In this document: piece after piece, positions 54,201 to 63,657 of the stretch
Layout of the letters: each line of letters opens with the position of its first letter
Position numbering within the stretch: position 1 is the stretch's first letter
Program-made: the position numbers and the translations under genes
Origin: Nitrosopumilus sp.
GTDB taxonomy: Archaea; Thermoproteota; Nitrososphaeria; Nitrososphaerales; Nitrosopumilaceae
Length of the DNA: 64,000 bases
Direction of reading: 5' to 3'
Assembly: GCA_965207445.1 (NCBI GenBank)
Contig: CBDBLX010000002.1
Span: forward strand, 288,001-352,000
Notes under the pieces: generated by a model
Database searches by the model: none
What the model saw: the letters and a program-made list of their open reading frames with translations, nothing else
What the model was told of the DNA's origin: nothing

Positions 54201-57200
54201 GGTGTCGCAACTGTTAACATTAGAGACACTACGTTGTCTGGACTTACCAACTTCAAACTGGTGATTCCAGAAAATGATGACATAATAGTACAGTCTGATG
54301 CGAGAAATGCAGACATAGATCCACTGATGGACGTGACTATCACACCAGTCGGTACATGGGAAAATGGAGAGCTTCTGTTGAGTATAAAGGGTTCAAACAG
54401 TACCAACATTGCTGTCACATCTTCGACCTTGACGTATCCAGATGCTACGGATACCGTAATATCTATAATCAATCCGTATGAACCTAGTGATATCGATACA
54501 CTTGCGATCAATAATACAGGAATATTTGGTAATGCTACCCTTTCAGGTGCACATCTAGCCACTGCAGGTAAAACCATAGACTTCCAAGTGGTTGTTGATC
54601 CCGATGCAGCCGGAGATGGCACAATACCCCCTATCATGTCACCAAGAATCCCAGTGGAAATAGATGAGATACTCACATTTGATACGATTTCAGCTGTTGG
54701 TAAACAATGGAGCAATAGTGAGTTCACGCTCTCCGTAACTGGTAATGCTGTAGGACTGCCAGCGGGTACTACAATCCACTTACAAGTATTACGTGATAAT
54801 GAGTTTGTATACATGGATGGCACCACTACAGCTCCTAGCGAACCACTAGCCACCGGCGACGGCCGCATAAGAACGGACGTCAGCCTCACGGACATCTCAG
54901 TGTCCGGTAACACAATATTCAGAATGGTTGCCGGAACCGCAACATCAGAAAACATGACTGTGCAGAACATTCCACCTGTACTAAGGTTGACAAGTGTCAC
55001 GATAGATCCAGAGGGATGGGACACAGGAGTGATTGATCTGGACGTAAAGGGTACCGCGGGATTAACCACCGAGGCTACACCAACCGAAGTTGAATTCATC
55101 ATATATGATGGCGACGACACTGTTGCAGATTCACTATCATCCACTGATAATACCGTTACTGTACAAGCGCACAGTGACGGTGTCTTAAACGGCACGGTTT
55201 CAATAAACAACATCGCGCTGTCCGGCGAATCTCTAAAGTTTGGACTTCAAGAGACTGACAGCAACGGCAACATTGCAAGATCAGGTAACACCACTGACAT
55301 GGTACTGCCAAGGATACTGTTCCTTGATAGTGTCAGTGTCGATTCACGTAGCGCGTGGACCGGCGCTGCCGATGCCAGACAGATTGCGATGGATGTCACC
55401 GGAAGTAGTAAAGGACTGCCAGCGGGTACTACTGCAATCCACTTACAAGTATTACATGATAATGAGTTTGTATACATGGATGGCGCCACTACAGCTCCTA
55501 GCGAACCACTAGCCACCGGTAATGACCGCATAAACACAGTTGAACACCTTGCTGATGAGGATATATTCGGCGACGATCTGATATTCCGATTGCTGGCTAC
55601 TGACGGCACTAATGAAGCAGTATCGACCAATCAAACTGGAGACATACCTGAGCCACCCGCTACTAGTAGCAGCGTCGACCTGACACCAACACCGGTATCC
55701 TTCTTTACATCACACAGTGGATTCCCACCCATAACTAGGGCAGTAATCGGTGATGTGAGTGAGATACCTGCTGTTCATAACGTACAGATGACATATCCAA
55801 AGACTGTTTACACATGGACAGGCGACGACAAGATAGTCGAGACCTATAGTGAAAGACTCAGACTAGTTGAGCTTGCTGACATGAATGAAAGCATACCTGG
55901 TAAATCAAAGATCGTCATATATGGCTGGCAACCACCTGCAGACAACACTGATAATGGTGTTATCACAATGTTCAACTGGAACTTTGATGGTATACCTGAT
56001 GTTACGGTATCTGATATCCGTATAGCAAATGTACACCACAATGTCAGTTATAGTGTTGGTACTGGTTCATCAGGACTAGAAGACATTACTGACATGGTCT
56101 CAGAGATCAATGCACTAGGTGATACAGTTGACTTGGTTATCATGTTAAATGATGGTGATGTTAATCACATATGTGATGATATCACACTGGTTGCAGACTT
56201 TTTCTCGTTTGGTCAAAAACCGGACGGTGAGAGAGTAAACAATGCCATATATCGTATAGAGGTCGAGGAAGCCAGTACAAACAGTGATGAGTTTGAAGGT
56301 ACAGTAGAATATGTAATGCTCAATCAACTCAACTATGATGATCCTGCTACCTATAGTGATTTGAGAGCAATCTCAGATGAGGTACTGATTGTCATAAACG
56401 AGGACTTTACAGATGAAGACGCTGTTCGTATCAACTATTTGGACTTGGGCGCTGATGGCGTATCAACCCAAATATCTACACAAGAAGATGCTGCCACTTA
56501 TAGCGGTATAGTCACATTTGATCAGGATAGCTACAAGGTAGCTGACACTGTTGTAATTACAGTCGATGATGCTGACTTGAACGTTGATAATGATGTAATT
56601 GATATTTACACATTCTCAACTTCTTCAGAACACAAAGACAAGATCGGCAGTGATAGTGATCGTGATGATGCATTCTTACTTGATGTCACATTTGATGACG
56701 AGCTATGGACTGAAGGCTGTGGTATTACTGGATTCGAAGCAACTACATTTACACTAGCAGAAACTACTAGAAACTCTGGAATATTTACTGGTGACTTCCA
56801 AATCCCAACTGAATATTGTCAGAGCTCTACTAGTAAGGCCGTATCCGTAACTGGTACTGACATTGAAGTCAACTATCAAGACTTCCGTGACGCATCCGGC
56901 AACGAGATAGAGGTAGGTGCAGGTGCTGCTGTTCGTGCAAGCACAGGTACTGTATCACTAGATCGTACCGTATACCCAGTACCATTTAACGAAAACGTAA
57001 TTAAGGACGCTGCTGGCAATAATCTCCCAATGGGTGACTTGACAGTATACGTTCATGTAACTGATCCAGACTATGATGTGTCTGCTGCTGGTGAAGATAC
57101 AATGCCAGCTAATACCGTATCAGTCAGTGTAATTCGTGGTTCTCAAACTGAAGCCATTGCTATACCTGATAGTACAATCACAGAAGTAGCACCTGATGCT

Positions 57201-58919
57201 GGTGTCTTTAAGTTACCATTGTCAATTAGTTATGATAATGGTCCTGCTCAAGGATGCCCACAAGGGTTCACTAATGGTTGTATACTACAAGGAGATATTC
57301 TCCAAGTTGAATATGAAGATCCAACCGATGCATCCGGTGAAGCGAACACTGTCACAGACAGTGCGACATTTGACCTGCGCAATGGTGTTCTACAATCAGA
57401 CAAATCTGTATACATTATCGGTTCTGATATGATACTGACACTGATTGAGCCTGACTTTGACTTGGATGGTGATAGCGCAGAAACATACACACTTGACTTG
57501 ATCGAGTGGGACTCTGATGCTGCTACCCTAGGAATGGGCGACAGCGACAAGAGCAAGGAAGCTGGTTCTGCGGCATTTGACCCCGAGCCAAACGGTCTGC
57601 GTGAGACCGGTGACAACACTGGTATATTCCAGTCAGTCATCGAGATACCATCTGAATTAGATGGCGAACGTCTAGATCGCGGTGAGGAAATCGAACTAGA
57701 ATACGTTGATTATGGACCATCTGGTTCTGACTATGTTGGTGATGAGACTGAAGATATTACTCTTACAGTATTCACATCCAACTTTGGAGCCACAATCGAG
57801 TTAGACCAAAAGGTCTACACTTGGACTGACAAGGTCTACATCACTATAGTAGCACCTGATCACAACTTTGACGGTGACCTAGTAGATGAGATTGGCGATT
57901 CAGACGATGACCCAGTAAAGGTATCAACACGTAGTGCTGACATTGACAAGTACAAACTGGTAGAGACTGGTCCTGACACTGGCATATTTACAGGTGAGAT
58001 AATCCTCATAGGATTTGACCACAATGCAGACGGCAATACACAAACAGGTACAGAGAATACTGGCTATGACAACCCACAAAAACAAACCAGCAAGGATGAA
58101 AGTGGACCTACAGACGGCTTTATCGAGACTGATGATGATGACGGTATCACCGTATCATTTGAATTCTCTGAAGATGAGACTGTAGTAGGCTCTGCTTTGA
58201 TTCGCTGGAATATTGGTGAGGTTCAATGGTTAGAGTCCTCTTACCCAGCTAGCGGTACAGGTGTAGTCCGTGTAATTGATCCGGACATGAACTTGAACCC
58301 AGAAGCAGTGGATAACTTTGAGGTAGACATTTGGTCTGACCGTGACCAAGGTGGAATTGACCTAACAGTCACTGAGACCAACCAGGCAACCGGAATATTC
58401 GAAGGAACAGTATTCTTTACTACTTCTGACGACTCATCCGGACACCGCCTCAGAGTAGCCGAAAGCAACACTGTAACTGCCGAATACGAGGATAACACGC
58501 TCCCAGAACCATACAACACAGGCGATGAACTTAATATCTCTGCAACAACTCTGATCGGCACACAAGTGCCTCCACTCGAACGTGCTCCTATCTCAAATCT
58601 GAGAATAGTTGATGCACACGAGAATAGCATAGACACTGTGGCAGTTGATCAGCAAGTACAGGTTGTAGCTGACTTGGTTAATGGCCAAGACCGCACACAA
58701 GAGTTTGCATATTTGGTGCAGATTCAAGATGAAAGCGGAGTTACAGTCTCACTAGCATGGATATCAGGTACTCTAGAAGCAGAACAGTCATTAACGCCGT
58801 CAGCATCTTGGATACCCACTGAAGCAGGAGAGTATACTGCTACTGCATTCGTATGGGAATCCATTGACACGCCGACTGCTCTGTCTCCACCTGCAACGAT
58901 AACAATCACTGTAAACTAA
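51231..58919 (+). CDS. Thaumarchaeal S-layer protein with a large Ig-like repeat insertion
   Basis: Signal RKYTSLTLMAIMVAGGLTFAIPG, ANLYVSAE, repeated ETG.NTGIF.G motifs, C-terminal QEFAYLVQIQD...SWIP...YTATAFVWESIDTPTALSP; four DUF5011-like repeats inside. Confidence 0.9.
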   Translation: MQNENYRKYTSLTLMAIMVAGGLTFAIPGTAPVAYAAVDQTNANLYVSAEGQDADNQFAEGNIIEVIILDSTIGDTGESEAEPTVTVNGADLRMLQTGDGNWRAYFAQADALEDIDEMNGQLDYGVHCSASAASTVSTIPLSDTNGVYFPPGSVNANCAALPGDTSHPLIRETRTLTDWNPAGDTIGQLGLANENLWPFIQVFDFASQSDVRIVYEKGGQQTVTLTLDDPSESHSLNSERYPQSAHVLVTINDYALNIDPTDEDMWAFDTQNGAAYYNLFDEDGTPDNIMDSTIVNYAGEAGIGEQISIVRNGQGGDPLINCQVTKDFGIQDASNANMDYLVSNDDSNGACVPTDNITNAAAGEIFTADNFVIGFVEDGSNNDAFINWAEDQRSNLVVRDDADRNRSFEIDYSSPGAISGIVSHFFADMSIDVEDGVWNSGERVPFTLTDADANVNPLAEDNLEVANPKSKLIPSIKIGDPITLASASGDVTWFDIEEPDTMKPEIRLNGNSTIRIVEDRPYTEQGAVCSDNKDANKPATVSGSVNNTQPGEYTITYTCTDMADNAADPVTRTVTVLEADRTRPTIELNGPATVSVVQDAVYMERGAVCSDNVDDDKDATPSTPPDTSTLGNKTVTYTCTDSSGNAADPVTRTVTVIEADTQKPTINLNGAPRITVIQGSTYNELGAVCSDNVDEDTPATPDITPDLSMTGEQTVTYTCTDSSDNAADPVFRTVNVIEADTQKPTINLNGEPRITVLRQSGVTYDDPGAVCMDNADVDTAAMPNREVDLSATGTFEIIYNCTDSSGNTADPVTRTVNVRLPITLDSLVAVNENWENGKFNLNITGHSIDDRNVVLTQFGNDDFKPITVPVGNDGTISGIVSITDISVQGDIDLGLKPKTSTSNMSETKRVTVPDVLVLASIAPDRWYFVDTTFVDDDNDDVDDDTNPNTYEFRVTVNGFDGTGPNDRAELRAVNSTGYPIGKGYPATFEDGVATVNIRDTTLSGLTNFKLVIPENDDIIVQSDARNADIDPLMDVTITPVGTWENGELLLSIKGSNSTNIAVTSSTLTYPDATDTVISIINPYEPSDIDTLAINNTGIFGNATLSGAHLATAGKTIDFQVVVDPDAAGDGTIPPIMSPRIPVEIDEILTFDTISAVGKQWSNSEFTLSVTGNAVGLPAGTTIHLQVLRDNEFVYMDGTTTAPSEPLATGDGRIRTDVSLTDISVSGNTIFRMVAGTATSENMTVQNIPPVLRLTSVTIDPEGWDTGVIDLDVKGTAGLTTEATPTEVEFIIYDGDDTVADSLSSTDNTVTVQAHSDGVLNGTVSINNIALSGESLKFGLQETDSNGNIARSGNTTDMVLPRILFLDSVSVDSRSAWTGAADARQIAMDVTGSSKGLPAGTTAIHLQVLHDNEFVYMDGATTAPSEPLATGNDRINTVEHLADEDIFGDDLIFRLLATDGTNEAVSTNQTGDIPEPPATSSSVDLTPTPVSFFTSHSGFPPITRAVIGDVSEIPAVHNVQMTYPKTVYTWTGDDKIVETYSERLRLVELADMNESIPGKSKIVIYGWQPPADNTDNGVITMFNWNFDGIPDVTVSDIRIANVHHNVSYSVGTGSSGLEDITDMVSEINALGDTVDLVIMLNDGDVNHICDDITLVADFFSFGQKPDGERVNNAIYRIEVEEASTNSDEFEGTVEYVMLNQLNYDDPATYSDLRAISDEVLIVINEDFTDEDAVRINYLDLGADGVSTQISTQEDAATYSGIVTFDQDSYKVADTVVITVDDADLNVDNDVIDIYTFSTSSEHKDKIGSDSDRDDAFLLDVTFDDELWTEGCGITGFEATTFTLAETTRNSGIFTGDFQIPTEYCQSSTSKAVSVTGTDIEVNYQDFRDASGNEIEVGAGAAVRASTGTVSLDRTVYPVPFNENVIKDAAGNNLPMGDLTVYVHVTDPDYDVSAAGEDTMPANTVSVSVIRGSQTEAIAIPDSTITEVAPDAGVFKLPLSISYDNGPAQGCPQGFTNGCILQGDILQVEYEDPTDASGEANTVTDSATFDLRNGVLQSDKSVYIIGSDMILTLIEPDFDLDGDSAETYTLDLIEWDSDAATLGMGDSDKSKEAGSAAFDPEPNGLRETGDNTGIFQSVIEIPSELDGERLDRGEEIELEYVDYGPSGSDYVGDETEDITLTVFTSNFGATIELDQKVYTWTDKVYITIVAPDHNFDGDLVDEIGDSDDDPVKVSTRSADIDKYKLVETGPDTGIFTGEIILIGFDHNADGNTQTGTENTGYDNPQKQTSKDESGPTDGFIETDDDDGITVSFEFSEDETVVGSALIRWNIGEVQWLESSYPASGTGVVRVIDPDMNLNPEAVDNFEVDIWSDRDQGGIDLTVTETNQATGIFEGTVFFTTSDDSSGHRLRVAESNTVTAEYEDNTLPEPYNTGDELNISATTLIGTQVPPLERAPISNLRIVDAHENSIDTVAVDQQVQVVADLVNGQDRTQEFAYLVQIQDESGVTVSLAWISGTLEAEQSLTPSASWIPTEAGEYTATAFVWESIDTPTALSPPATITITVN
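52728..53690 (+). repeat. Four tandem ~80-aa DUF5011/Ig-like repeats within the S-layer gene
   Basis: DTxKPxIxLNG...GAVCSDN.D...TYTCTDSSGNAADPVTRTVTV four times, also repeated at DNA level. Confidence 0.88.
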
Positions 58920-58943
58920 GTATATTTTCGCAAACAAAACATA

Positions 58944-58980
58944 AAGAAAAAAATTCCCTTTTTTCTTTTTTATTCTTTTA
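58944..58980 (+). terminator. Oligo-T terminator region after the S-layer gene
   Basis: AAAGAAAAAA...CCCTTTTTTCTTTTTTATTCTTTT between convergent genes. Confidence 0.55.
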
Positions 58981-59093
58981 ATTTACTAGCAGGCTATGGC
59001 CTTTTGGTTTGGGATTTGTTCAAATGAATTATAAACAAAAGTTGGGCAACTGTTCACTAATTTGTTAAATATAAACATATTTTCTACTAGCCA

Positions 59094-60032
59094 TCAGCAC
59101 TTTCTAACATTTGTAAATGGTGCATCCAAAATTACTCTTCTTGCACACGCCACTGTTTCATTCACAACTGATTTGACAGATTCACTATTCATACAAAGCA
59201 GTCTAACTAGCACTCCCATTTCACGACTCATGATAGATGCGCCACCTTTTACATTTTTATCATTATCCAATATGATCTTTTCTATACTCTTTTGAAGTTC
59301 ATACACATATTCTGGTTTTGTTATAATGTATACTGTAGATGTAACCATATATTGATGCATGACTCCAAATGATTTTACATGTAATGGTTTTATTTTGGCA
59401 GCATCTACAAATCTCAATATACCATCTTGATTCACCACACGCAATTTTAGATTATACAATCTGTATGCAAATGACTCGCCCATTCCAATGCGACCTGATG
59501 CTATTGTCTCTGCGTATATTATAGTGGCAGTATCATGTACTAAAAGTCTGGTATCTTGTGAAAACTCTGAATCCGCATATGGAATTATCTGGTCTGGCAC
59601 ATATTCCATATATGCATTCTCACCCAATGTCATGTGTATCTTTTGTGTTGCCTGCATGTTTTTTGACATTTTATATATTCTTGTGGCTCCTTGTGTTGTG
59701 ATGTGTGATTTTGTTTTAGGATGTAATTCAAAGGATATGTCATAAGAGTCACCTTGCAGCATTCCACCAGAAGTTGTCGCTATATACACATATGCCATCT
59801 CTGGTAGTTTATACTCACAGTATACTGCTCTTTGTACTGATAGTGGTGGGTGTGATCTGCATTTGCCAAGTATGGTTTTACTACCATTGTGATGAAATGA
59901 CAGATGTAATTGGCCATTTTTTCCTGTTATATGGTGTGTGTTATGTGGTAGTGTGGTTGATGATGTGGGATGTGATGATTGTATGTGTATCTTTGGTGAT
60001 ATTGGCATTATTTTCCACGCATTTTTATCCAT
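59094..60032 (-). CDS. ureD: Urease accessory protein UreD
   Basis: SGGMLQGD, ITTQGATRIYKM, EYVPDQIIPY, ASGRIGMGESF; ATG 60032 overlaps the ureG stop. Confidence 0.92.
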   Translation of the reverse strand: MDKNAWKIMPISPKIHIQSSHPTSSTTLPHNTHHITGKNGQLHLSFHHNGSKTILGKCRSHPPLSVQRAVYCEYKLPEMAYVYIATTSGGMLQGDSYDISFELHPKTKSHITTQGATRIYKMSKNMQATQKIHMTLGENAYMEYVPDQIIPYADSEFSQDTRLLVHDTATIIYAETIASGRIGMGESFAYRLYNLKLRVVNQDGILRFVDAAKIKPLHVKSFGVMHQYMVTSTVYIITKPEYVYELQKSIEKIILDNDKNVKGGASIMSREMGVLVRLLCMNSESVKSVVNETVACARRVILDAPFTNVRKC

Positions 60033-60687
60033 TTTCCATACACTTTGGTTGTTCACCAAACAATACATCCGTTATTATATGATCGGCTATAGTTGGTACT
60101 CCCTGGTCAGTCTTGCAATTTACAAATACAAATGGCTTTCCCCCTCTTATACTTAGAGCATCTGCACTCATTACATCTAGATTGGCGCCGACCATATCAG
60201 CTAAATCTATCTTGTTTATCACAAGCAAGTCACAACTAGTGATACCCAGACCACCCTTTCTTGGGTACTTGTCTCCTCCTGCAACATCTATTACATATAT
60301 GAAATAATCTGCTAGCAATGGACTAAATGTTGTAGTGATGTTATCGCCCCCACTCTCAATTATAATCAGGTCTAGTTCTGGATGTTTATCTTCTATCTCT
60401 TCTATAACTGACATGTTCATTGAAGGATCTTCTCTTATTGCTGTGTGCGGACACCCACCTGTTGCCAACCCTATGACTAAATTCTCTGCAAGCAGACCCC
60501 GACGTGTTGCCAAATTAGCCCTCATACGGTCTGCATCCTCTTTTGATATTACATCATTTGATATGATACTGACACTATACCCTTTGTTTGCAAGTATTGG
60601 CACCACTCGCTCAATTAACATACTCTTGCCGGCGCCAACAGGACCGCCGATTCCTATTCTAGGTAGTCTGTCTGTCATTGTAATCAC
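60025..60687 (-). CDS. ureG: Urease accessory GTPase UreG
   Basis: GGPVGAGKS, TGGCPHTAIRED, ESGGDN, GDKYPRKGG, NKID. Confidence 0.96.
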   Translation of the reverse strand: MITMTDRLPRIGIGGPVGAGKSMLIERVVPILANKGYSVSIISNDVISKEDADRMRANLATRRGLLAENLVIGLATGGCPHTAIREDPSMNMSVIEEIEDKHPELDLIIIESGGDNITTTFSPLLADYFIYVIDVAGGDKYPRKGGLGITSCDLLVINKIDLADMVGANLDVMSADALSIRGGKPFVFVNCKTDQGVPTIADHIITDVLFGEQPKCMENG

Positions 60688-61448
60688 GTGATGAACATCT
60701 TTGCATCCATTCTCTGGTGCTCCATCTGTAGTATTTCAGCATGCGGGCAGAACTGCCAAACATCTGTTATCTTCTTTTTTTCTGTTATAGTTGATTTTAC
60801 CACACTACATAAAAGTGGTTTTAACTCGTGTATAATTTTTTGTGCCTCAAAGTGTTGTATCATGCCCAGACGCAATGCTGCCCCTGTCATGTTTGCAACA
60901 AATCCATACAATAGTATCAATATGGCTTTTTCCTTTTTAATTCCGAGCGCGCAACTGCACACGCCAAGTGACACTGGATATATCCCAGATATGTTGCCAT
61001 TTTTGATATCATTGAGATATTTTTTCAGATATCTGTCATTGCAAAATTTTGATACACATCTGCACATCTGAACACCAGAGCGTATAGAGGCCTCTCGTGT
61101 CTCTTTGAGTGTTTTCATGGCACAACATACATGATCAATTTTTTGTGTTGATTGGTTGTATAGTGCTGCATCATATGCGTTTGCAAGTATGATGCAATCT
61201 GTGACACTGATCTGTTGTTTTATGATAGTTTGACAAAATTCTGCCAAGTCGTTTGGTGTATTGAACATTTTTTTTGCGTGTATTAATTCTAGTCCGTTTG
61301 ATGATGCAAACATGCCTATTGGAAACATTGAATCTGAGAGTTGCAGCATATCGAGGTCATCTGATATGTTGATGTCTGAGTCTATTTCAGTGTTAGTGAT
61401 GTTGTTGTTGATATTTGAGTTTATTTTTGTACTAGTGGTGATGTCCAT
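60684..61448 (-). CDS. ureF: Urease accessory protein UreF
   Basis: LQLSDSMFPIGMFASSNGLE, AALRLG, C-terminal HQRMDAKMFIT. Confidence 0.93.
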   Translation of the reverse strand: MDITTSTKINSNINNNITNTEIDSDINISDDLDMLQLSDSMFPIGMFASSNGLELIHAKKMFNTPNDLAEFCQTIIKQQISVTDCIILANAYDAALYNQSTQKIDHVCCAMKTLKETREASIRSGVQMCRCVSKFCNDRYLKKYLNDIKNGNISGIYPVSLGVCSCALGIKKEKAILILLYGFVANMTGAALRLGMIQHFEAQKIIHELKPLLCSVVKSTITEKKKITDVWQFCPHAEILQMEHQRMDAKMFIT

Positions 61449-61953
61449 GTATGTCTGCTCCTATATTTGGTACAAATATCTCATCTGATGTATGAATTTT
61501 GATATTACTATACACATTGGAAAACTTTTGCTTGAATGTATCTTGTTCAGAGTCATCTTGTATTGGAAACCATATGGTATGGCTATTTTTAATTGCTATT
61601 GGTCTGTGCATGTTTCCAATTGCATGTGCGACTAGTAAAAAATTTGTGATACACTCGTTGCATTTGTCATCTATTGAACATACTAGGACTTTTTCTGCAA
61701 GTTGTTTTACTATGACAAGTGGTGTTTGTTTATCTAATGTTTCGTTTGTGTTTAGTATGTCTCCGTGGCGTAGTATTGTGCCACGTTTTAGATTTATTGC
61801 TATTTTAGTGCCAGATGCAGTTTCTGTGAGGTGTCTGCTCTTTGCCATATCTGCCCTTGTCATGTATGCGGTGTCATATTTGTTGTTTTTGTAATTTACT
61901 ACATTATCACAATCAAATATGTTGTTTATTACTTTGGTGTATATTTCTGGCAT
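61432..61953 (-). CDS. ureE: Urease accessory protein UreE
   Basis: LKRGTILRHGDIL, AHAIGNMHRP, His tail HGHHH. Confidence 0.9.
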   Translation of the reverse strand: MPEIYTKVINNIFDCDNVVNYKNNKYDTAYMTRADMAKSRHLTETASGTKIAINLKRGTILRHGDILNTNETLDKQTPLVIVKQLAEKVLVCSIDDKCNECITNFLLVAHAIGNMHRPIAIKNSHTIWFPIQDDSEQDTFKQKFSNVYSNIKIHTSDEIFVPNIGADIHGHHH

Positions 61954-62131
61954 GATATTATTGGGTATGGTATCAAGTTATACTTTTATTCTAACATTAT
62001 TGGCAATATGGTTGATGTGTAGTAATTTTATCTTTTATCACAAAATTCTGATCATATAGTGTACAAAATGCTTGCAAGTATCTGATTTGGTTTGAGGGTA
62101 CGTATAGTTTCTGTCTCTTAAGTTGTCTTGT

Positions 62132-62448
62132 AAGTATCTATGTGGAACTGTCAAGAACTGGTGACCTGTGACCCTCTGTCAAAACGGTGACCTGTCGGGG
62201 ATCTGGCAAGTTACAGGGACATGAAATCCTCTGGAAAGTATCTATGTGGAACTGTCAAGAACTGGTGACCTGTGACCCTCTGTCAAAACGGTGACCTGTC
62301 GGGGATCTGGCAAGTTACAGGGACATGAAATCCTCTGGAAAGTATCTATGTGGAACTGTCAAGAACTGGTGACCTGTGACCCTCTGTCAAAACGGTGACC
62401 TGTCGGGGATCTGGCAAGTTACAGGGACATGAAATCCTCTGGAAAGTA
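62132..62448. repeat. Perfect tandem repeat, 3 x 104 bp
   Basis: Unit AAGTATCTATGTGGAACTGTCAAGAACTGGTGACC...ATCCTCTGGA begins at 62132, 62236 and 62340. Confidence 0.95.
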
Positions 62449-62570
62449 GGGGATGTGGAAGAATACGGTTGCATAAAGGTACCTCTAGGCGTGCCTGCGC
62501 AGGAGATCACGAATTTGCAACAGTATCTTAGTACCAAACGGTTATAATATTAGTTTCGTGTATACTAATC

Positions 62571-62726
62571 ATGACTACCGACAAGAGATCAACTTCAATG
62601 CGGAGCAAGTCACTCTCTTCTCAGGATACAAGTGTGGATCCTTCTTACGTGGGATTGCGACTAGAAGATGTCATAGATGACCGCGCCAAGCGGGCATCAA
62701 GCCGCTGGAACACTCGGCGTAGATAG
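62571..62726 (+). CDS. Putative 51-aa small protein
   Basis: MTTDKRSTSMRSK...RLEDVIDDRAKRASSRWNTRRR*, with TTATAAT about 29 bp upstream. Confidence 0.35.
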   Translation: MTTDKRSTSMRSKSLSSQDTSVDPSYVGLRLEDVIDDRAKRASSRWNTRRR

Positions 62727-62735
62727 ACCCAACTC

Positions 62736-63608
62736 TTATTTCTTTGGTATGACATACCGGACAAAATGCTTGTCCGTGGCTTGTCCTATGTAGCGCGCGA
62801 ACCATCTGCGCATCATGTCCCACTCGCCGGTATTGGTACTGGCATCCTCCACATTAATGCCGATTGTCCTAGCAAATTCCTTCTGTATCACAAACTCGTG
62901 CGTCGGCAAATTGAATATCAGAGTATCAGTGATCTTCTTTACCTCTTCTTCCGAATATCCTACTCCTTCCAGTATCTTGGACAAGTACATCTGGCCCATA
63001 TGTACAATGTTATCCATTTCCACCATAATCGCCGGATCCAGCGAATCTACCAAGTGTTTCTCTACGTATGACAATTCATCGGGACGTTTCATGGCAATGC
63101 GGTCACTCAGATCCACCTCTGCCGTAGGCAGTGAATTTGCAGATATGTAACCGTCTTTGTATGGTACTTGTATGTCCACCGGACCAAGCTGGCTCATCAT
63201 CCCCATTCGTATACGGTTTCCCGTAAGCGCGAGCATTGTGCCTCCGCTTGCAGCTATGTGTGGCACGAATACGGTAATATCATCAAAACATTGTCGGACA
63301 GCCATGGCTATCTTGAATGAGGATGCAACAGCTCCTCCATGTGTGTTTACCAGCATATACAACCTGCGGGGCTTGACACTGTATTCTTTTATGATGGAAG
63401 TCAGAGCGTCTTCAATACTGAACTCGTCTGCTGTAGACATGGTGGACCAACCGAACTGTGCTGGTCCGTATCTGCGCGGTACGTAAGAGCCGACAAATGT
63501 AAGGAGTACTGTGTTGTTTTCATTTGAAAATGTCTGTAATTCAGAGTCATCCTCTTCCTTTACGTCAGTGATCCGAACTGTCTCGCTTGTTTTTGTGTCT
63601 GACCCCAA
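62736..63608 (-). CDS. ClpP-class serine protease (SDH_sah family)
   Basis: VNTHGGAV, VFVPHIAASGGTMLALTG, SQLGPVDIQ, PTHEFVI. Confidence 0.88.
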   Translation of the reverse strand: MGSDTKTSETVRITDVKEEDDSELQTFSNENNTVLLTFVGSYVPRRYGPAQFGWSTMSTADEFSIEDALTSIIKEYSVKPRRLYMLVNTHGGAVASSFKIAMAVRQCFDDITVFVPHIAASGGTMLALTGNRIRMGMMSQLGPVDIQVPYKDGYISANSLPTAEVDLSDRIAMKRPDELSYVEKHLVDSLDPAIMVEMDNIVHMGQMYLSKILEGVGYSEEEVKKITDTLIFNLPTHEFVIQKEFARTIGINVEDASTNTGEWDMMRRWFARYIGQATDKHFVRYVIPKK

Positions 63609-63657
63609 GATCTATAGTAAAGTTGATGGTTATATAAACAGATCCGGTGCCTGTGGT

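Noticed and set aside
53453..55213. 586-aa minus-strand ORF (and 53094-53801)
   Set aside because: Antisense shadow of the S-layer gene with no recognisable motifs.
54752..55533. DGR template/variable repeat pair
   Set aside because: No reverse transcriptase; both copies are in-frame internal coding sequence; differences include an indel and are not adenine-specific.
62132..62448. CRISPR array
   Set aside because: Units are identical over 104 bp with no unique spacers, and there are no cas genes.
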